Shown: positions 43,389-53,000 of the stretch, one piece after another | How positions within the stretch are numbered: position 1 is the first letter of the stretch | Layout of the letters: the number at the start of each line of letters is the position of its first letter | Assembly: GCA_003599025.1 (NCBI GenBank) | Contig: QZIL01000002.1 | Coordinates: forward strand, 1,371 to 65,370 | Length of the DNA stretch: 64,000 bases | Direction of reading: 5' to 3' | From: Nitrospiraceae bacterium | GTDB lineage: Bacteria > Nitrospirota > Thermodesulfovibrionia > UBA6902 | Program-made: the position numbers and the translations under genes | Notes under the pieces: model-generated | The model's database searches: none | What the model saw: only the letters and a program-made list of their open reading frames with translations | What the model was told of the DNA's origin: nothing

Positions 43389-44402
43389 TTACAGCTGTTT
43401 TGCAGTGCTGATTTCATCTTTCAGAAGTATCTCCACAGACGCCTTCCCGCGCAGGGACTTTGCGTAGAGATCAGCTTCCTGTTTTGCCTTTTCCTCAACG
43501 AGGGACTGACGTATCTGATCCTTGACGCTGTCATATGCCAGGATGGTTTCCGGCTTTCTTTCGCTGACCTTGAAAATATGAAACCCATATCCGGTCTCTA
43601 CAACATCGCTTGTTTCTCCAGGCTTCAGACTGAAGACAACGGCTTCGAGTTCCTTTTCAAGCTGCCCTGTCCTGACATAGCCTATATCGCCGCCGTCCGT
43701 CCTTGTAGGACCATCCGACTGCTCACGCGCAAGGGCCGCAAAATCCTGCCCGGCCTTCAGCTTCTTCATGATCTGGTCGGCCTTCTTCCTCGCCTCCTGT
43801 TTGCGGGAGTCCTCCAATTTAGGGTCAAGGTGAATGAGGATATGGCTTGCCCTGACCTGAAGCGGCTGCTTGAAGAGGTCCAGACGGCCCTCGTAATAGT
43901 TCATCATTTCGCTGTCAGTGACCGCAACCTTTGCGGCAAAGCGCCGTTCAATAAACTGCTGCACTGCGCTGTTTCTCTCCAGCCTGGCCCGCAATATATC
44001 CTCCGACATATTTTTCCTGCTTAACTGGTTTCTGAACTCCGTCACGCTCGGGAACTGCTGCATCAGCGCATTTATCCCCTTATTGACAGAGTTCTCATCC
44101 GGCTTGATGCCTGCCTTCCGGCTCTCCTGATTGAGGATTTCGAGCCGGACCAGGCTTTCAAGAACATCTACCTGGACGGCTTCGACCTGGCGCGTGGTAA
44201 GAGGCCTTCCAAACTCCAGAAGCGCCCTCTGTATTTTCAGGACCGCTTCATCAAATTCCACCTTTTCAATCGGCGCCCCGTTCACCATGGCCGCTTTATT
44301 GACCGGCTGGGGCTTCGCATCTTCCGCCCTGGCGGGAAAGGACATAACCATGAGACTGACAACCATTAACACGATATGATAAGTTAAGACTCTTCTCAGC
44401 AT
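43389..44402 (-). CDS. Periplasmic SurA/PpiD-like chaperone with parvulin (PpiC) PPIase domain
   Basis: It has a signal peptide and a SurA_N-like helical part, then RASHILIHL...DFAALAREQSDGPTRTDGGDIGYV...GYGFHIFKV, the parvulin rotamase core. Confidence 0.85.
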   Translation of the reverse strand: MLRRVLTYHIVLMVVSLMVMSFPARAEDAKPQPVNKAAMVNGAPIEKVEFDEAVLKIQRALLEFGRPLTTRQVEAVQVDVLESLVRLEILNQESRKAGIKPDENSVNKGINALMQQFPSVTEFRNQLSRKNMSEDILRARLERNSAVQQFIERRFAAKVAVTDSEMMNYYEGRLDLFKQPLQVRASHILIHLDPKLEDSRKQEARKKADQIMKKLKAGQDFAALAREQSDGPTRTDGGDIGYVRTGQLEKELEAVVFSLKPGETSDVVETGYGFHIFKVSERKPETILAYDSVKDQIRQSLVEEKAKQEADLYAKSLRGKASVEILLKDEISTAKQL

Positions 44403-44418
44403 TTTTCTTTACCTCACT

Positions 44419-45105
44419 TTATTTATTAATTTTCTTTTTTTCAATTTCCTCACGGTACTGCTGGAGGAGCTGCTCCAGCTCCACCTTCTTTACCTGTGTC
44501 AGGGGCTCCTTCTCCAGAAGGATTGTCCCCAGTCCCTTGTTCCTGTAATTCGTCACCAGCTCCTCCGCGATAATACCGAGGTCGGCATTATTCGCTTTGC
44601 AGCGGCCCAGGTCCTGCGCCGTCTTTTCCTGTTCAGCCTGAACAGTCTTTTTCTCAGCCGCTGACTTTTTTAACTCTGCCTGAAGCGCCTGCTTTTCTTC
44701 GGCCAGCTTTTTCAACTCACTGTCAAGGTCCTTGTTCTTCCGTCCCGTTTCCCGGGCCTCTTTATCGGCCCTGACAGCCGCCTCTTCCGATGTTTTGACC
44801 CTCAGCTCCAGCCCCTGCATCTGTCCGTTAAGTTTATTTAACTGCGCATCAAGTGTCTGCTTCTCGCTTCCGAGCCTGTCCAGTTCCGCCTGGGCCTGCT
44901 GTTCGGAAACAGACTCCTCATATTTCCCCTCCGCCATCTTTTTTTGCATGAAGGCGACTTTCTTTCCGGCCTCCTTGATCTTTTCATGCGCGGCCTCCCG
45001 CTCCTTATTGACTCTGCTGTTGCCAATGCTCAATCCGATGATCAGGCCGATAATGAGCGCTGCTACGGGGATTATGATTTTTAAAGGCCGGGACATACTG
45101 TTCAT
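44419..45105 (-). CDS. Membrane-anchored coiled-coil protein
   Basis: An N-terminal TM helix (IIIPVAALIIGLIIGLSIG) is followed by about 190 aa of heptad-rich Glu/Lys/Gln sequence. I recognise no family. Confidence 0.6.
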   Translation of the reverse strand: MNSMSRPLKIIIPVAALIIGLIIGLSIGNSRVNKEREAAHEKIKEAGKKVAFMQKKMAEGKYEESVSEQQAQAELDRLGSEKQTLDAQLNKLNGQMQGLELRVKTSEEAAVRADKEARETGRKNKDLDSELKKLAEEKQALQAELKKSAAEKKTVQAEQEKTAQDLGRCKANNADLGIIAEELVTNYRNKGLGTILLEKEPLTQVKKVELEQLLQQYREEIEKKKINK

Positions 45106-45120
45106 TTTTTACCTCCAGAC

Positions 45121-46977
45121 TTAAAATCTTGCATTTAAATCCACCTGCAGCACATCTATCGCCTGCTTAGGGCCGCTTATCTCATCCGCGGTCAGCCATC
45201 GAAGGGTAAGCCAGGCGTTCTTCATCAGGCCATATTCCGCTCCCAGTATCCAGCCCCTGGCATTTGTGCCTCCAAGGTGAAAGTCAGAATCCGTGAAGGC
45301 ATCCACAACTGCGTCGCCCCCCAGGTATTTATAATAGAGATACGCCTTCCAGGACGGGACCCAATCGTCGGGTGTCTCAATAGCGGGGGAATCAACGGAC
45401 ATCCCGAACTGATAGCCTGTAATATCTTTTTCAGGATCTGCTAGCCCGGTAAGATCAGAAACCTCGGATTTATCAAACCCGTAGTTCTTGACAAAATCGC
45501 CGAGGAAAACAACATGAACAGGGTCCCAGAACCCGATATCGAGGGTCCCGGTCAGGTTCATCTCCTTGAACTTTGATGCAAGCCCCACCTTGAAACTGTT
45601 GTTCGGATCAATATAGAACAAGGTGTTTCCCTTTTGCTGATACTGGGGGGCCGACCAGTCGGTGGGTCCGCTTTTATCCAGGGAATTATTGTTTCTCACG
45701 CCGGTGATGTTACTGAATAAATAGTAGGCCGCTCCGACTTTCGCGGATATCCCTTTCTTATGCTTCTTTTCCATCCCGATCTGTCCGCCCGTGAGCCACT
45801 TGGCCTTGGTGGAGAAGTCATCATACTGCAGGGGGAAAGCGCCTTCGGTAAGATAAAATGTCCATGAGTCTGTAATTGGCTTCCGCAAATTCAGGGCAAG
45901 CCCCTCGAAGTTTAAATCGCTGTCCCACACAAGGTCTGATGAAAACCAGGGATTGGGCATCCTTCCGCCATATGCAGTGAAAAGGGTCGGGAGGTAACCA
46001 GGTGACTTCTGATTAAACTTGAGATAGGCCTGCTCCAGGACTATGCCGTCTTTGTTCATATAATCGCCCAGGAGGGTATTGGTTGAAACTGGATTTGACG
46101 AATTCCCTGTAGCGAGACGTAAAGCGGCCTGCAGCTTTTGAGTTCCAAGCGGGTCTTCCGATATGTCCAGCTCAGTTCCGAAGCGGACCCGGTACTTGAA
46201 GCGATACTGGTTCGACCGTGTGTTAATAAGCTCCTGTGTATCAGCGCCCTGAGATATCCTGGTGAACTCATCAAAGTTGTTCTCGTCATACCGGTCATTC
46301 TCATACCGCAGCCGAACATCGCCGCTGAAACGCACGCGCTTGGTCCACTCAGGCGCGGCCGCGGCAAGTTCGGCGACCTTTCCGCCGTACAGCAGCTCCG
46401 CGATCTTCTGTTCAACGTATGACACTTTTTGATTGAGCTCCGCGATCTTTTCTTTCTCCTGTGCAGACGCCTCTTCAGCGGCAGGGACTGCATCTGCCGT
46501 CTTTATTTCCTTCGGCAGCGCCTCCTGCGCTTCGGTCTTCAACTGTTCAGGGATGCTTTTCCTGATCTCCTCGGTGACACTCGCAGTGATCTTCCCGATC
46601 TGTTCCTTCTCACGGTCCTGAAGCTCCCTGGACAACTCCTCCCTGACCTGGGCCATGATCTGTTCCTTGAGCTTTTGCATAAGTTCAGCGGTAACGGCTG
46701 CTGATATCCTGTCGATCATTTCCTGCTCGCTGAGCTGTGAAGCCGCAGGACCACCGTCTTTTTCTCCGGCCGGGGCAGATCCATCCTCCCGGCGCTGCTG
46801 ATCAGACCGGTCCGCTTCACTCCGGGGAGGTGTCTTCTCATGCCTGATCGTCAGCGGCACAGGGGCCGTGGCGCATCCGAAAATAATCGTCAGAAGCAAA
46901 ACCGCGATGCCTTTACTGATATGTCTTCTCAATTCCGTTGATGCTGTAAACACCGTAACTATGTCACTTCTTTTCAT
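45121..46977 (-). CDS. Outer-membrane protein: signal/possible lipobox, Glu-rich coiled-coil N-region, porin-like beta-barrel
   Basis: The N-terminus LLLTIIFGCATAP is a possible lipobox. Roughly residues 90-200 are charged coiled coil. The remainder shows alternating aromatic/Gly beta-strand patterning, and the C-terminal ...VLQVDLNARF is an OMP beta-signal with terminal Phe. Confidence 0.65.
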   Translation of the reverse strand: MKRSDIVTVFTASTELRRHISKGIAVLLLTIIFGCATAPVPLTIRHEKTPPRSEADRSDQQRREDGSAPAGEKDGGPAASQLSEQEMIDRISAAVTAELMQKLKEQIMAQVREELSRELQDREKEQIGKITASVTEEIRKSIPEQLKTEAQEALPKEIKTADAVPAAEEASAQEKEKIAELNQKVSYVEQKIAELLYGGKVAELAAAAPEWTKRVRFSGDVRLRYENDRYDENNFDEFTRISQGADTQELINTRSNQYRFKYRVRFGTELDISEDPLGTQKLQAALRLATGNSSNPVSTNTLLGDYMNKDGIVLEQAYLKFNQKSPGYLPTLFTAYGGRMPNPWFSSDLVWDSDLNFEGLALNLRKPITDSWTFYLTEGAFPLQYDDFSTKAKWLTGGQIGMEKKHKKGISAKVGAAYYLFSNITGVRNNNSLDKSGPTDWSAPQYQQKGNTLFYIDPNNSFKVGLASKFKEMNLTGTLDIGFWDPVHVVFLGDFVKNYGFDKSEVSDLTGLADPEKDITGYQFGMSVDSPAIETPDDWVPSWKAYLYYKYLGGDAVVDAFTDSDFHLGGTNARGWILGAEYGLMKNAWLTLRWLTADEISGPKQAIDVLQVDLNARF

Positions 46978-47083
46978 TATGTTCTCTCATGACCTCTCTT
47001 TCTGGGAAGTAAAACCAAACACTCATTAAGCAGTTTTTTTTAACTTCTGACTTCTCACTTCTTACTTTCCAACTTCTTTGTTG

Positions 47084-47797
47084 TTAGCTCTTAAAAGTCA
47101 TTTTGATCTTCATCGTACGAGGCATGCCGTCAGGCGGCGAATCGCTGAAACTGATATTGCCCAGGACCTGGTTTACCGTCTCATCCATTTTATGGTTCCC
47201 TGATGAGCCTATGATCCTGTGCTCAACGATATCGCCATCCGTGTCCACTTTCAATTTCACAACTACCTGAAGCGTTCCTCTTGGCAGCCCGCCTTCCATG
47301 TCCCAGAGCTTCATGATCCTTTTATGGATCTCACTTTCCACAAAGTGTGCATATCCGCCGTATTTAGACAGGAGAGACAGATTGCCGAGCCCGTTCCCTC
47401 CTTCTCCGGCAAGGAGGCTTCTCCCCCCTTTTTTCGCAACCAGCCCGAAGGCGTCGCTCCCCGCTGTGCCGTCCGAATCCACGCCGAGGCTGTCCCCCGC
47501 AGGCGCGTTGTCCGGCTCACCGGCAGGCCTGTCATTCGAGGCCGCCTCTTGCGGGACCTGAGCAATAACTTCCTCCTTCTGCTCCTGCCTGACCGGCTCA
47601 GGCTCCGGCGGTTTTTCCTTTATCTGCGGCGGGGGCGGCTTCAACAGGGTCACCATGGTAACGTTGTTTTTTTTCTGCGGACTATCGTCAGATATCACCA
47701 TTATTATGAAATAAACTGCAACAACGCACAGAGCGACCATCAGGGCAATGAACCCCCATGAGGCAGCGGACATTTTTTCAGTTTGTCTGTCGGACAT
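47084..47797 (-). CDS. tonB: TonB-family energy transducer
   Basis: It has an N-terminal TM anchor, a Pro-rich spacer (LKPPPPQIKEKPPEPEPV) and a C-terminal TonB_C-like domain (LQVVVKLKVDTDGDIVEHRIIGSSGNHKMDETV). Confidence 0.8.
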   Translation of the reverse strand: MSDRQTEKMSAASWGFIALMVALCVVAVYFIIMVISDDSPQKKNNVTMVTLLKPPPPQIKEKPPEPEPVRQEQKEEVIAQVPQEAASNDRPAGEPDNAPAGDSLGVDSDGTAGSDAFGLVAKKGGRSLLAGEGGNGLGNLSLLSKYGGYAHFVESEIHKRIMKLWDMEGGLPRGTLQVVVKLKVDTDGDIVEHRIIGSSGNHKMDETVNQVLGNISFSDSPPDGMPRTMKIKMTFKS

Positions 47798-47806
47798 ACG
47801 TTCCTC

Positions 47807-48217
47807 CTATTTGACGAGCTTTTGCGTCACGAGCGCAAGCTGGGTAATCTCCAGCCTCTGGAGCAAATCCAGCACCTCTATGACGCCTTTGTACGCTATT
47901 TTTTCATCTCCCCGGATCACCACGGGCAAATTAGGGTCCGCAGCTTTGTATTGGCGGAGCCTGTCTTCCAGTTCTCCCATAGTCACAGGGAAGCTGTCGA
48001 GATACATGGTCCCTTCCGAGGTGATGGTGATCGCCTTTGTCGTGGCCTTGACCTTGCCGGCAGCCGCGCTCGCCTTTGGAAGGTTGACGCTGATCCCCTG
48101 TACGGACGCCGTCACTACGATCATGAACACTAAAAGGAGGTTCCATGCAAGGTCCAGCATGGGAACGACGTTGATCTCATCGTATATCTCATGTTCTTCG
48201 TAGGGGTTATGCCTCAT
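47807..48217 (-). CDS. exbD: ExbD/TolR-family protein
   Basis: From ATG 48217 it reads MRHNPYEEHEIYDEINVVPMLDLAWNLLLVFMIV, the canonical ExbD TM with conserved Asp. This is followed by VNLPKA....ITITSEG..YLD and VVIRGDEKIAYKGVIEVLD. It overlaps the exbB-like gene by 11 nt. Confidence 0.85.
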   Translation of the reverse strand: MRHNPYEEHEIYDEINVVPMLDLAWNLLLVFMIVVTASVQGISVNLPKASAAAGKVKATTKAITITSEGTMYLDSFPVTMGELEDRLRQYKAADPNLPVVIRGDEKIAYKGVIEVLDLLQRLEITQLALVTQKLVK

Positions 48218-50063
48218 GACGCGGCCCTTTCTCCTCTTCCAGCTTAAGAATGAAGTCATCGATGAAGACATTGACGTCCGCATTCATGTTCTTGATATTG
48301 CCGGTAATATAGCTGCTTGCGAACAGGGCTGGAATTGCGATCAGGAGGCCTGCCATGGTACAGGCAAGCGCAGAGGCGACCCCGGGCGCAATGGCTGCGA
48401 GGTTCGCTTCGCCGCTCTCTGCAAGGCTTGCAAAGGTGTTCATGACCCCCCAGACCGTGCCGAGAAGACCCAAAAACGGCCCGCCCGCAACACTCATGTT
48501 CATGATAACCATGCCAGCCGCCAGTTTTCTGCTTTCATACATGGCCTGCTTTTCCACCGCTGCTTTAAACCCGTTCATGGCCCTTTCCGACAACCCGCTC
48601 CCGTGTTTTGATGTTTCCCCTTTTTTCTCCATCAAACGCCTCAGCTCAACACAGCCTGCGCGATACACCCGGTAGAGCGTCGAATGCTGAAAGTCCTGTT
48701 CCTTGTCAAAGAGGGACATCGGATTATCCATCCCTCTGAAATTCTCCGAGAAGGTTTCGTTCCCTTTTCCGGCAAGACGGAATATTGTTATCTTCTGCTG
48801 AAAGATGTACACGGACGCGAATCCCATGAGGATCAGAAATCCGATAATAAGCCAGCCGTCAAGGGTGATGGTCCTGATAATGACCTTCATGAGATGGACT
48901 GTCAGCGATTCTCCGCTGCCTCCGCCTTCCTCCGGCTCCATGTAAGACATCAGCATGCCGTCCGGTCCCTGGCCCTGGAAGGCGGCCCTTATCCATCCGG
49001 CAGATCTGGCTGTGCCGGACAATTGCATCTCGTCCACATCTCCGGTAAAGACATTGCTCCCTTTCACCGATGCGCCGATGATGATGTCGGCAGCCGGCGC
49101 AGGGACCATTCCCTTGAGTTTGATATACGCGGCCTGTCTGCCGTCGAGATACAGTGTGATCTGGTTGTCAGGGTCTGCTGTCACGGCCAGATGGTGCCAG
49201 CCCTTCGGGGTCAGTACCGCTGTTTTCGGCGTCACCGTCGCCTGCCCCTTGCCGGTACTGAGACTACAGTAGACCTTCGATTCTTCCACTCCAACAGTGA
49301 ACGACTGCTTCCCGTCGTCCCAGGATAAAAAATGCGTATTGCCTTCAGACTGGTTGACGCGGACCCACGTGGAGAAGGTAAACCCCTTGGTAAAATTAAG
49401 CGACGACGCCCTGGTAATAGTCATCAACTCTCCGGCCCCGCTGAACTGGGCGCCGTTTCCCACAACTGAAGGGACACCGAGCTTCCCTGAAAACGAGGCC
49501 GCGTGATTGCTGTAGGCCGTTGCGTCACGCGGATTGCCATCCTCATCGCCCAGGTGATAGACAGCCACCTGGTTCACATCGTACGTGCCGCCCGCGTCCT
49601 GGCCGTCAGGTGCAGAATCATTCCCATAATACATCCATATGGAATCCTGACTGCCGCCCCCGGATATCCTGGGGACCTTGACCCATATGAGGGCGATCTC
49701 TTCTATAGGATCAAACTTCTCTATGTGATATTTCAGGGGAGACTTATCGTCAAGGCTTACAAACCTGAGGTCCGAACCATCCTCTTTTGCGCTTGGAAAA
49801 CTGAAGTTGCCTGTATGCAGGCGGACCAGCAGCGGGACATCAGCGACATTCTCATCGATTCCGGCCCCGTTTGAAGAAGTATCAAATTGAATCTTCATCC
49901 TCTGCTGCCACTTCCCGTCCCACCATGCATTAGCATCAGGGACCATAAACAGTCCGATAGTAATCATCAGCAACACAATCAGCGCTGAGATTTTATTCAG
50001 CCTCAGTTCCGATAAAAAGGCCCCCGGAACACCTCTTTCAACTTTGTCTTTCTTTCTGTCCAC
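48207..50063 (-). CDS. Fusion protein: DUF2341 + LamG/concanavalin-like lectin domain + MotA/TolQ/ExbB proton channel
   Basis: A signal-anchor is followed by WWDGKWQQRMKIQFDTS...VPLLVRLH...GSDLRFV (DUF2341). Next comes FTFSTWVR...GWHHLAVTAD...ITLYLDG..VDEMQLS (LamG-like). It ends with three TM helices containing GGPFLGLLGTVWGVMNTF...IAPGVASALACTMAGLLIAIPA (ExbB core). Confidence 0.8.
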   Translation of the reverse strand: MDRKKDKVERGVPGAFLSELRLNKISALIVLLMITIGLFMVPDANAWWDGKWQQRMKIQFDTSSNGAGIDENVADVPLLVRLHTGNFSFPSAKEDGSDLRFVSLDDKSPLKYHIEKFDPIEEIALIWVKVPRISGGGSQDSIWMYYGNDSAPDGQDAGGTYDVNQVAVYHLGDEDGNPRDATAYSNHAASFSGKLGVPSVVGNGAQFSGAGELMTITRASSLNFTKGFTFSTWVRVNQSEGNTHFLSWDDGKQSFTVGVEESKVYCSLSTGKGQATVTPKTAVLTPKGWHHLAVTADPDNQITLYLDGRQAAYIKLKGMVPAPAADIIIGASVKGSNVFTGDVDEMQLSGTARSAGWIRAAFQGQGPDGMLMSYMEPEEGGGSGESLTVHLMKVIIRTITLDGWLIIGFLILMGFASVYIFQQKITIFRLAGKGNETFSENFRGMDNPMSLFDKEQDFQHSTLYRVYRAGCVELRRLMEKKGETSKHGSGLSERAMNGFKAAVEKQAMYESRKLAAGMVIMNMSVAGGPFLGLLGTVWGVMNTFASLAESGEANLAAIAPGVASALACTMAGLLIAIPALFASSYITGNIKNMNADVNVFIDDFILKLEEEKGPRHEA

Positions 50064-50066
50064 CTC

Positions 50067-53000
50067 TTACTCCTCCTCTTCCTCTTGAACTAAATCTATG
50101 ACTTTCACGTCCAGCCACTTCATTAAGATGTCATCTATCATCTGGGCCGCCTGGGCAGTCCTTTCCGCAGCTATGCCGGGGGTCGCATCACCAGCCATCT
50201 GGCCGGGCTGCGCAACGGAGCCGGCGCCGCCTGTGAGACCTCCAAGGGCCGCGCCGCTTGTAGACGCCTGAGGCACGCCGACAGACCCTGCCGAGAAACT
50301 GATATTGGCCGAATTCTTGACTTCCAGCGCCGCAAGGATGATCTTTCCTCCTGTGATCCCTGCCTCGCCTGCATCGATCACGCCGCTTGGGGCGGTGAGA
50401 TGTATATCTCCAGGCTCCGGCATCGCCAGAGGTCCCGACCCGTCAGGATCAAAGGTCACGGCGCGGATGCCGCTGCCAAGGACTGGGGGGCTGAACACTT
50501 TTCTGTAAATGCCTGAGCCGGCGGGATATTCCTCCATCCTGGCAGGCGAAGCGCTGACAGCCGTTCTCGATCCCCGTCCGGCATTTATGTTTCCCTCGTC
50601 GCTCCAGATAGTGATATCACCGCCATAAAAGGTCATGATCCGTGATTCGTTTACGTTCACGTCATACCCGGTAAAGATGTTGATTGCGCCGCCTCCCCCC
50701 GTCCATACGCCGGTAAAGTCATCACTTTTCTGACCGGCAATGGGCAAGGCTGTCTTGCCGAGGTTCATGCTACCAGCGGCGATAACAAAGATATCGGACT
50801 GCCCGATCGACGTTCCTATCTGAGAGGCGATCATGTTTATGTTGCCTTCGCCTGAGGGTGTTCCAAGCAGCGGTTTGATTGTCGCGTCCCTTGTTGTCTC
50901 CCGAAGCTCGGCAGCCTCCGCTGATTTGCCTTCAGAAAGCAATTCCGCATACTGATCGCCTGCATCGCGAATATCGTCAAAGAAGGTCCTGATCATGTCG
51001 GCAGGCAGGTTCTGATCATACCCCGACAAGACGACGAGTGTGCTCTTTTCAGTGCCTAACAGGACATTGTTGCCGTTTCCGATCGCCTGGAGACCGCCAT
51101 ATATCAATTTCTGATCTACCACGGCGTTGTTTGAAGTTCCCAGGTCGATCGAGTTGCCTGCCTGGACCAGGAAAACGCCCGGGCCGCCCTGGATCAGGCC
51201 TCCTGTTTTGCTCTTTTTTTCATACTGCATCCGGATATCGCGCCCTGCCTTGATCATGGTGACATCCCCCGTACTAATGTTCTGTCCCTCATAGGTCATA
51301 TCGAGGATGTCCCGTCCTGCCCGTATCTCGGTCTTTTTCGCCGCGTAAAGTCCGAGGTTTCTGATGTCCCTGCCCGCGCTGATCCCGATTTCCCGGGTGT
51401 CGCCGGAGTGCAGCGGCGAGGCAAGTGCCTGGAGTACGGCATCTTCAGGCTTAAAGTAGCCATGATGGTTATAAAGAGTCCTTTCCGTATTCCAGGTCAG
51501 ACCGCCGTTACTTACTAAATCTTTGTAAACCCGGAAGAGGCCATACCAGTACTTTGGAGCGATATCGGACATCGTGATACCCGCCGCCTTGCCGGAATAA
51601 CTGGATGCCGTGCGTACTGCCTGTACAATATCCACCCCGGCATCAAGCCGAAGCCTGCCATCCGGAGAAGATGTCAGGGTAAGGTCATCACTGAGCAGTA
51701 GGATGTTCCCCCCGGCTTTAATTTCTACATTGGCCGGTAAGATTTTCGCGAACTTCGATATATCATGTCCAGTAGGTGTATATAGCGGAGATACACCGGC
51801 AAAGGTCAGATCTTCCCCTGCCTTCAGGCTGATACCGGTATATTGCGTGTAAGTGCAGTTTATCCAGTAGTATTGATTTAATTGATCGCTTGCAAGTGAG
51901 GGGTTCAACACCGAGCCGATCTTCATCGCTCCCTCAGCGGCCACGGACATCCGGCTGTCAAAGAGCTCGATCTGCTGGGACTTATCAGCGCTGCCGAAAT
52001 TCCCCATGGCGTGAATCTCTCCTTGCCCCATCCTGTTCAGTAACCGGCCATCGACGTTGCCGCCGGCATAGATGGCGAGGTCACCTTCGCCAAAGGCGCC
52101 TGCCTGGGTCAGGAAATCCGAACCAGTGCGGATGTAAAGATCGCCCCCCCCCATGGCGGCAAGACCGGACGTCGTATCAAACTGTTTCTTTTCTTTGGGT
52201 GATGATAAGGTATAAACAGACTGCCGCGCATAACTTGCCGAGAACCAGCCGTATTTTTCCAAAACGGTGTTATTCCGCGTGCTCCCCCCGGGCTTCAAGA
52301 TGGGCGTGAAATAATCCCAGGCATTCGTAGCAGGAGGCATGGCGCTGGTCCATTCTCCATTTGAAATCGTCCCCACATGCCGGCCCACATCCAGAGTGAT
52401 GTTCCCGCCATCGGCATATCTCCAGTAATATGTGAGGGTGTTGGAATTAGGGGTGTTAAAGTAATTGTCTTTATCAGCCAGCATGGGTTTAGGCTTACTT
52501 GACGGGTCATCATAAGGCGGGTCTACATCTGTCGTATCATCTGTTCGAAGCATACCAGTCGTGCGAATAGCGCCCAGGGTGCTCAGACCGGATACTATTG
52601 CCGTATTGAGCTGGAGGTCCCGGCCGATATCTATAGCGATATCCCCGGTGGCGGTCTGTATGGCGCCGCCGTTGATTATAAGGTCCCGTCCGATGTCCCC
52701 TTGTATGTCCCCGTAAGGAGAGGCAAGGTTATATCGCATGGTCGGATCAATCATAAAGCCTAACGGAGTGTCCTGCCCCCTGCCGACAAGCGTGTCTCGC
52801 CCCGAGGCGAATCTGACAGGCGCGTGTTCGGTGTAAACAACTTTCTGGTCCGCGATTTTCAGGTCCCCTTTGCCATGGACAACTGCAAGGGGGGCTGCGC
52901 CAACAGTGTACGAACCCGCGACGAGGTTGAATGCCCAGGAATCCCTGCCCGCGCTGCCCGGCAGGTTTGCCAGGGACGTAGGATGGTCGACAAGGTTGTT

